Source: an uncultured delta proteobacterium (lineage in GTDB: Bacteria; Myxococcota; Myxococcia; Myxococcales; Myxococcaceae). From it: DNA of 64,000 nt. The position numbers were made by a program, and so were the translations under genes. The notes below the pieces were generated by a model. The model was not told the origin of the DNA. It worked only from the letters and a program-made list of their open reading frames with translations, and did no database searches. Each line of letters starts with the position of its first letter. Positions within the stretch are counted from its first letter, which is position 1. Location of the stretch: positions 800,001 through 864,000 of the forward strand of contig CAWCKH010000004.1 of assembly GCA_963796055.1 (NCBI GenBank). The letters run 5' to 3'. Positions 58,486 through 64,000 of the stretch are shown here, piece by piece.

Positions 58486-60033
58486 TCAGGCGGGTTCGAC
58501 CTCCACACCGCCCTGGGCGCGCCGACCGGCCCCGCCCCGGAGCGGCTTCTCGGGCAGTCCGAGGACGATGAGCAGGCCGAGGGCGGCCACCGCCGCGCCG
58601 AGCAGGAACGTCGAGCCGATGGCCTGCCGGTAGGCGTGGACCACCAGCGCGCGCTGCGCCTCGGGCAGCTCCCGGATGGCGGAGATGCTGCGATCCACCG
58701 CCGCCTCGCCGAAGCCCGCCGGCCCGGGAGGGAGCAGCCGGTGGAGCCGCGCCGTCATCCACGTGCCGGACAGCGCCACCCCCAGCGCGCCCCCGAGCGA
58801 GCGAAAGAACGACGCCGCCGAGGTCGCCACCCCCAGGTCCTCGGGTGGCACTGCATTCTGGATGGCGGTGACCAGATTCGGCATCACCAGGCCGAGCCCG
58901 ACCCCGAGGCCGACCAGCGAGAGCTCCAGGGGAAGCACCGAGGCCCGGGACTGCGCGAGCCAGGCCAGCAGCAGGAAGGAGGCGCAGGCCACGCCGAGGC
59001 CGATGACGGGCATTGGCTTGTAGCGTCCGGAGCGGGTGACCAGCCGCCCGCCGACCACCGAGGCGACGATCACCCCTCCCATCAACGGGGAGAGCATCAG
59101 CCCTGCTTGCGAGGCGGCGGCGGCGAGCACCAGCTGGAAGAAGAGCGGGAGGAAGATCACCGCCCCGAAGAGGGCGCACGCGGTCAGGCCAACCACGGTC
59201 GAGGCGGTGACGAACACCCGGTCGTGGAAGAGGCGCGGGGGGAGGATCGGCTCGGCGGCGTGGTGTTCACGCACTGCCAGGAGCCCGAAGCACACCACCG
59301 CCGCGGCGGCCTCGGCCCAGGTCGCCGGCTGGCTCCACGCTTCGCGCGAGGCGTCCAGGGTGAGCACCAGGATGGTGCACACCGTCCCGCCCACCATCAG
59401 CACGGCACCGGCGTAGTCGATCCGGTGCTGCACCACCCGGTTGTGCGGGCGGAGGGCCACCGCGATGAGCCCCAGCGCGAGCGCCCCCACCGGGAGGTTG
59501 ATGTAGAAGATCCACCGCCAGGAGAGCGCGTCGGTGATGAACCCTCCGAGCAAGGGCCCGGCCACGCTGCAGATGGCGAAGACCCCGGTGAACAGGCCCT
59601 GATACCTGCCGCGCTCCCTCGGGGCGAGCAGGTCACCCACCGTGGTCTGCGCCAGGGTGATGAGCCCGCCGGCCCCCAGGCCCTGCACCGCGCGGAAGGC
59701 GATCAGCTGGGCCATGTCCCGCGCCAGCCCGCACAGCGCCGAGCCCACCAGGAACACCCCGATGGCGACGAAGAACATCGCCCGCCGGCCGAAAGTATCG
59801 CTGAGCTTGCCGTACAGCGGGGTGGTGGCGGTCGAGGCGACCAGGAAGGCGGTCACCACCCACGAGAGGTGGGCGAGCCCGCCCAGCTCGCTCACGATTC
59901 GCGGAAGCGCGGTGGCGACGATGTTCTGATCCAGCGAGGCGAGGGTGAGCACCAGCAGGAGCCCGGCCATCACGGTGCGGAACTCCCGCCGGCTCACCGC
60001 TTCCGGGGCGCCGTCAGGATCGGAACCAGTCAT
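58486..60033 (-). CDS. MFS drug exporter, DHA2 (EmrB/QacA) family
   Basis: LDQNIVATALP, PLYGKLSD.FGR, RAVQGLGAGG, GPLLGG, WRWIFYINLP. Confidence 0.93.
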   Translation of the reverse strand: MTGSDPDGAPEAVSRREFRTVMAGLLLVLTLASLDQNIVATALPRIVSELGGLAHLSWVVTAFLVASTATTPLYGKLSDTFGRRAMFFVAIGVFLVGSALCGLARDMAQLIAFRAVQGLGAGGLITLAQTTVGDLLAPRERGRYQGLFTGVFAICSVAGPLLGGFITDALSWRWIFYINLPVGALALGLIAVALRPHNRVVQHRIDYAGAVLMVGGTVCTILVLTLDASREAWSQPATWAEAAAAVVCFGLLAVREHHAAEPILPPRLFHDRVFVTASTVVGLTACALFGAVIFLPLFFQLVLAAAASQAGLMLSPLMGGVIVASVVGGRLVTRSGRYKPMPVIGLGVACASFLLLAWLAQSRASVLPLELSLVGLGVGLGLVMPNLVTAIQNAVPPEDLGVATSAASFFRSLGGALGVALSGTWMTARLHRLLPPGPAGFGEAAVDRSISAIRELPEAQRALVVHAYRQAIGSTFLLGAAVAALGLLIVLGLPEKPLRGGAGRRAQGGVEVEPA

Positions 60034-60106
60034 CGACGTGTCAGGCGCACATAACCCGGGTGGCAGGACCCCCCATAGGCGATGGATAGTCCCCTGGAGA
60101 ACACGC

Positions 60107-60853
60107 GTGAAGCCCGTCGCCGTCATCCCGGCCCGGTGGGGCTCGACCCGTTTCCCCGGCAAGCCGCTGGCTCTGCTCGCGGGACGCCCGCTGGTGCTGC
60201 AGGTGCTCGAGGCATGTCGTCGTTCGGGTGCCTTCGAGGACGTCCGGGTGGCCACCGACGACGAGCGCATCGCCGCGGCGGTGGAGAGTGCCGGCGGCCC
60301 CGTGGAACGGACCGCCTCCCACCATCCGTCCGGGACCGACCGGGTGGCCGAGGTCGCGGCGCGGCTCCCGCCCGAGGTGGAGGTGGTGGTGAACGTCCAG
60401 GGGGACGAGCCATTGATCCATCCCGAGGCGCTCCGCGCTCTCGCCGGCGCCTTCCAGGACCCCGAGGTGGAGATGGCCACGCTCGTCCGCCCGCTCCGGG
60501 ACGACGAGCGCACCAACCCGAACGTGGTGAAGGCGGTGGTCGACCTGCGCTGGGACGCCCTCTACTTCAGCCGTGCCGACGTGCCGTTCGCGCGCGACGG
60601 CGCGGTGGTCGAGCGCTGGGCGCACCAGGGCCTCTACGGCTACCGCCGGGGTACGTTGCTCCGGCTGGCGTCACTCGAGCCGACCCCGCTCGAGCGCGCC
60701 GAGGCGCTGGAGCAGCTGAGGGCGCTGGAGAACGGCATCCGCATCCGCTGCGTCAGGACCTCGCACGCGACCATCGGCGTCGACACCCCCGAGGACCTGG
60801 CGCGCGCCGAGGCGCTCCTCGGGCGTCGCTCACCTCACTTCACCCAGTTGTAG
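60107..60853 (+). CDS. kdsB: 3-deoxy-manno-octulosonate cytidylyltransferase
   Basis: VIPARWGSTRFPGKPL, ATDD, SGTDR, NVQGDEP, NVVK, YFSR, LEQLRALENG, VDTPEDL. Confidence 0.96.
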   Translation: MKPVAVIPARWGSTRFPGKPLALLAGRPLVLQVLEACRRSGAFEDVRVATDDERIAAAVESAGGPVERTASHHPSGTDRVAEVAARLPPEVEVVVNVQGDEPLIHPEALRALAGAFQDPEVEMATLVRPLRDDERTNPNVVKAVVDLRWDALYFSRADVPFARDGAVVERWAHQGLYGYRRGTLLRLASLEPTPLERAEALEQLRALENGIRIRCVRTSHATIGVDTPEDLARAEALLGRRSPHFTQL

Positions 60854-61281
60854 TCGGTCGGCCCCGCGCGGCGGGTCAACAGCACGCACTCGGCGCCGGG
60901 CAGGCACTTCGCCATGTGGTGCGCCTTCGCCGGGATGACGATGTAGCTGCCCGGCTCGAGGTCGTACGCCTTGCCGTTGACGGTGAACTGACCCTTGCCG
61001 CTGATCACGAGGGTGTACTCGGTCGCCGAGTGCCAGTGCATGGGGAAGGTGTAGCCCGGGGGGAACTTGGCGTACCCGATGTTGGCGCCGCTGGCCGGAT
61101 CGGTGGCGATCGGCGAGGCGACTACCCCCGGCGGAATCTCCGGCGCCTTGGGCGGCGTCCACTTCGCGTCCTTCAGGTGCGCGACCTGCTGGTCCTCGGT
61201 GGAGGGTGGCTTGGCGTCGGCGGCGAGGACCAGCGTGGCCGGCAAGACGACGAACAGCGAGAGGCGAAGTGGGGCTTGCAT
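60835..61281 (-). CDS. Exported cupin-domain protein (DUF4437-like)
   Basis: Signal peptide; FPPGY.FP.HWHS..E..VISG and PGSY..IPAK..H. GGAGG RBS. Confidence 0.85.
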   Translation of the reverse strand: MQAPLRLSLFVVLPATLVLAADAKPPSTEDQQVAHLKDAKWTPPKAPEIPPGVVASPIATDPASGANIGYAKFPPGYTFPMHWHSATEYTLVISGKGQFTVNGKAYDLEPGSYIVIPAKAHHMAKCLPGAECVLLTRRAGPTDYNWVK

Positions 61282-61409
61282 CGGGGACCTCCGGGGTGTC
61301 GCGGTCAGGGAGGAAAGGCTGCCCCGGACCGGAGGTGGGCCGCCAGCCACTCCCGGCGGAGACCGTCCAGCCGCAACGGTGCGGCGCATGGGCGCTCCCT
61401 CCCCGGGGC

Positions 61410-62939
61410 TCACCCCGGTGCGTCACCGGACAGCGGAGCCGGGGAGCGGGCCCCCGCGGTGGGCGGAACCGCCGTCGTTCCATCTTGCACCGGCAGCGAC
61501 GCCGGGCTCGCCGTCCGCTTCGGCTTCCGCAGCCGCCACGCCTTCCAGAGCAGCGAGAGGGCCAGCCACACGCAGAGGACCACCACCGGCACCGCGAGGA
61601 CGCGAGGAAAGAACGCCCACAGCGAGGCGAGCAGCAGCAGCGCCAGTCCACCGAGGAGCACCATCCGCCCCTCCCCACCCTCGAGCGTCCGGCGCTCGCT
61701 GATCGCCGCGCTGACCGTGTTGCCGACCCGCAGGGCCCCGGCCGCCGCCCGGCTCGCGCTGCCGCGCACCTTCCGCGGGAGCCGCCGGGCCCGGGGCCTC
61801 GGCTCGGCGCTGCGGAGCCGTTTGCCGGCCAGCACCAGCTCGGTGGAGTTCTCCAGGTCGGAGAGGAACATGTCCTCCATCTCGCCGGCGAACCGCGCGT
61901 CCTCCACCGCCACGTCCAGCTCGTAGTTGGCGAGCCAGCTGGCGATGTTCAGGTTGGTCGAGCCCACGCGCGCCCAGAGGCCGTCGCAGACCGCGGTCTT
62001 GGCGTGGAGCATCGGGCCCTTCCACTCGAACACCCGGATGCCGGACTCGAGCAGCACCCGGAAGCCGGCCCGGGAGAAGGGCTGGAGCGTGGGGATGTCG
62101 CTCGCGCCGGGAACCAGCAGCCGGATGTCCACCCCGTCGAGCGCCGCGGCCCGAAGCGCCTGGATGTACGGCGGCGCGCCGGCGAAATACGCGTCGGTGA
62201 TCCACAGCGTCTTCCGCGCGGCGCCAGCGATGAACTGGTCCAGCCGGAGCAGGCCCGCGGTGCCCGGCTCGTCGCCGATCACCCGGAGCCGCGTCTCCCC
62301 GGCGGGCTCCATCTCCGCCCGGGGCCGACGTTCGCCCTCGGGCAGCGGCAGCCCCACGGTCGCCCAGACCCGGGCGAAGGCTTGCTCGACGTCGGCGACC
62401 GCCGGGCCGGCGAGCCGAACCCCGGTGTCGCGCCAGGGCGGGATGCCCTTCGCCGGATCCCCCGACCAGGCATCTCCCACGCAGAGCCCGGAGACGAAGG
62501 CCGCCCGTCCGTCGACGCTCACCGTCTTGCGGTGATCGCGGTGCACCCAGCTCAGCGGGCTCGACCAGTCGAAGGGGTTGAAGCAGCGGACCTCGACCCC
62601 CGCCTCGCGGAGCGTGCGCCAGACCCGGGACGAGGTCCCCAGGCAGCCGGCCCAGTCGTAGAGGAACCTGACTGGTATTCCGGCCCGTGCCCGCTCACAC
62701 AGCGCCTCGACGAACACCTGCCCGGTGCGGTCGCTCCGGAAGATGTAGGTCTCGAAGTACACGTAGCGGCGGGCGGAGGCGATGGCCTCGAGCCAGGCGG
62801 GGAAGTTCTCCGGGCCGTCGCGGAGCAGCCGGAGGTCGTTGTTGGCCACGGGCGGAGCGCCGGCCGCGCGGGCCAGCGCCACGTCCACCCAGTCCGCCTC
62901 GCGACCTTCGCCGATCGGATTGCCGTTCGTCGCCGCCAC
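61410..62939 (-). CDS. Cardiolipin-synthase-like phospholipase D family protein
   Basis: Two HKD motifs (DHRKTVSVDG, LHAKTAVCDG), WRDT, VGSTNL; C-terminal TM helices. AGGAGG RBS before GTG. Confidence 0.9.
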   Translation of the reverse strand: MAATNGNPIGEGREADWVDVALARAAGAPPVANNDLRLLRDGPENFPAWLEAIASARRYVYFETYIFRSDRTGQVFVEALCERARAGIPVRFLYDWAGCLGTSSRVWRTLREAGVEVRCFNPFDWSSPLSWVHRDHRKTVSVDGRAAFVSGLCVGDAWSGDPAKGIPPWRDTGVRLAGPAVADVEQAFARVWATVGLPLPEGERRPRAEMEPAGETRLRVIGDEPGTAGLLRLDQFIAGAARKTLWITDAYFAGAPPYIQALRAAALDGVDIRLLVPGASDIPTLQPFSRAGFRVLLESGIRVFEWKGPMLHAKTAVCDGLWARVGSTNLNIASWLANYELDVAVEDARFAGEMEDMFLSDLENSTELVLAGKRLRSAEPRPRARRLPRKVRGSASRAAAGALRVGNTVSAAISERRTLEGGEGRMVLLGGLALLLLASLWAFFPRVLAVPVVVLCVWLALSLLWKAWRLRKPKRTASPASLPVQDGTTAVPPTAGARSPAPLSGDAPG

Positions 62940-63036
62940 GTCGCCTCCTGGCGATCTCCATTTCACCGACGCATCTCGGCCGTCAACCCGGGACCGGGTG
63001 ACCAGACGCACTGGAGTCACCGCCAGACCGTCGCGG

Positions 63037-63822
63037 TCAGGAGCCCCGCTCGGCCCGCGAGCCCGAGGCTGGCACCGGGGGCGGCTCGCGCGGCTCGGCG
63101 ATGGTGGGCTCCGGGGGCGCCATCGACTCCGGGCAGCTGTAATTGCTGTACCGGAAATCCATCCGCCCCCGCCGCTTGTAGAACAGCAGCCCGCCCTCGA
63201 TGGCCACGCTCACCTCGGAGCGCGCATCGAGCAGCCCGACCCGGGTTGCGTACTTCGCCTGCACCACGACCTTGGTGACGAACGTGGGCGGGTTGACCAG
63301 GCCGGCGGTCCACTCCAGCAGCCGCCCGGTGGCGCGGTCGAAGGCCGCCATGCCCTCGAACAGCCCCGGGTCGTTCCGGTGCGCGTAGGTGGGGTGAAAG
63401 CTGATCCGCATCGGCTCGCTCGCCGCTCCGTCCGCCCGGAAGAACATGTAGAGCGCTCGGGCGTCGGGGTGGAACGGGGAACGGAACTTCTGCGTCTCGG
63501 AGGCGAACTTCTGCTCCTTCCGCATCTGCTCGGTCACGTCCTTGTCCGAGTGGCGGGCGGAGACGATCTCGATGCGCTGGGCCGGTGCCAGGCCGAGGAA
63601 ACGCCGGACCACGAACAGCTCCCGCCCAGACTTGATTCGCCCGTCTCCGTCGAGCTCCATCGCATGCTGCGCCTCGACCCAGGCGGTGCACCGCGAGAGC
63701 GCCCGCTCCTGCTCCATCGCCTGCTTGACGAAGTCGGTGGTGGTCACCGGCGCCGCGGCAACGGTGGTGGTCGCCGACCAGGCGAGAAGCGCGGCAGGGA
63801 GCGCCAGCATCCGCAGCAGCAT
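63037..63822 (-). CDS. Hypothetical exported protein
   Basis: Signal peptide MLLRMLALPAALLAW..., beta-rich body, GC3-biased codons. Confidence 0.6.
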   Translation of the reverse strand: MLLRMLALPAALLAWSATTTVAAAPVTTTDFVKQAMEQERALSRCTAWVEAQHAMELDGDGRIKSGRELFVVRRFLGLAPAQRIEIVSARHSDKDVTEQMRKEQKFASETQKFRSPFHPDARALYMFFRADGAASEPMRISFHPTYAHRNDPGLFEGMAAFDRATGRLLEWTAGLVNPPTFVTKVVVQAKYATRVGLLDARSEVSVAIEGGLLFYKRRGRMDFRYSNYSCPESMAPPEPTIAEPREPPPVPASGSRAERGS

Positions 63823-63934
63823 GGCACGGGATCGGCCGGGAGGTCTTTCCACCCCGCCAGTCTGTCTTCTGCCCGCCACCCCTGCTGCTAGCCTGTCACC
63901 CGTGCGCACTCCCGACGCTCCTTTGCCGACCGAC

Positions 63935-64000
63935 ATGAGCACACCGGGCCTGGAGCAGAAGATCCGGGCGCTCCGGTTCTCGTGGATCAAGGACGTGGTC
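63935..64000 (+). CDS. Start of a 3'-truncated hypothetical CDS
   Basis: ATG AGC ACA... (MSTPGLEQKIRALRFSWIKDVV) is open to the window end with typical codon usage. Confidence 0.35.
   Translation, partial: MSTPGLEQKIRALRFSWIKDVV

Overview
A very GC-rich bacterial window, most likely Myxococcota (Glt/Nfs-like envelope cluster, many Ser/Thr kinases and hybrid histidine kinases, a Cys-rich lipoprotein). Layout: (1) 1-11979, a Glt/Nfs-type gene cluster (GltF-, GltG-, OM barrel-, GltC- and GltD-like genes, lipoproteins, a TPR protein). (2) 12-26 kb, housekeeping and signalling genes (GtrA, DUF6600, kinase, aat, an RnfD-like/DUF2330 fusion, RluA), a candidate sRNA, a long inverted-repeat element and decayed two-component remnants. 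(3) 26-37 kb, a poly-HAMP hybrid kinase, a second hybrid kinase and a kinase-TPR protein. (4) 37.3-44.3 kb, a fermentation operon (pta/ptb-ackA-pflB-pflA-AAE transporter) preceded by tandem palindromic DosR/NarL-like boxes. (5) 44.5-53.5 kb, the most interesting part: a five-gene candidate anti-phage/conflict system. It comprises a patatin, an nSTAND1-TM-TPR NLR-like sensor (hidden by two single-base insertions), a Sir2-like-TIR fusion, an unknown possibly DHH-like protein, and a divergent HEPN-TPR-SLOG protein. (6) 53.5-64 kb, a CHRD lipoprotein, a 13-knottin lipoprotein, an oxidoreductase, rpoZ, an MFS exporter, kdsB, a cupin and a cardiolipin-synthase-like PLD. Three frameshifts share the same AGATC->AGAATC context and are probably sequencing artefacts. 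I saw no tRNA, rRNA, CRISPR array, integrase or transposase. All family calls come from recognising motifs by eye; no searches were run.
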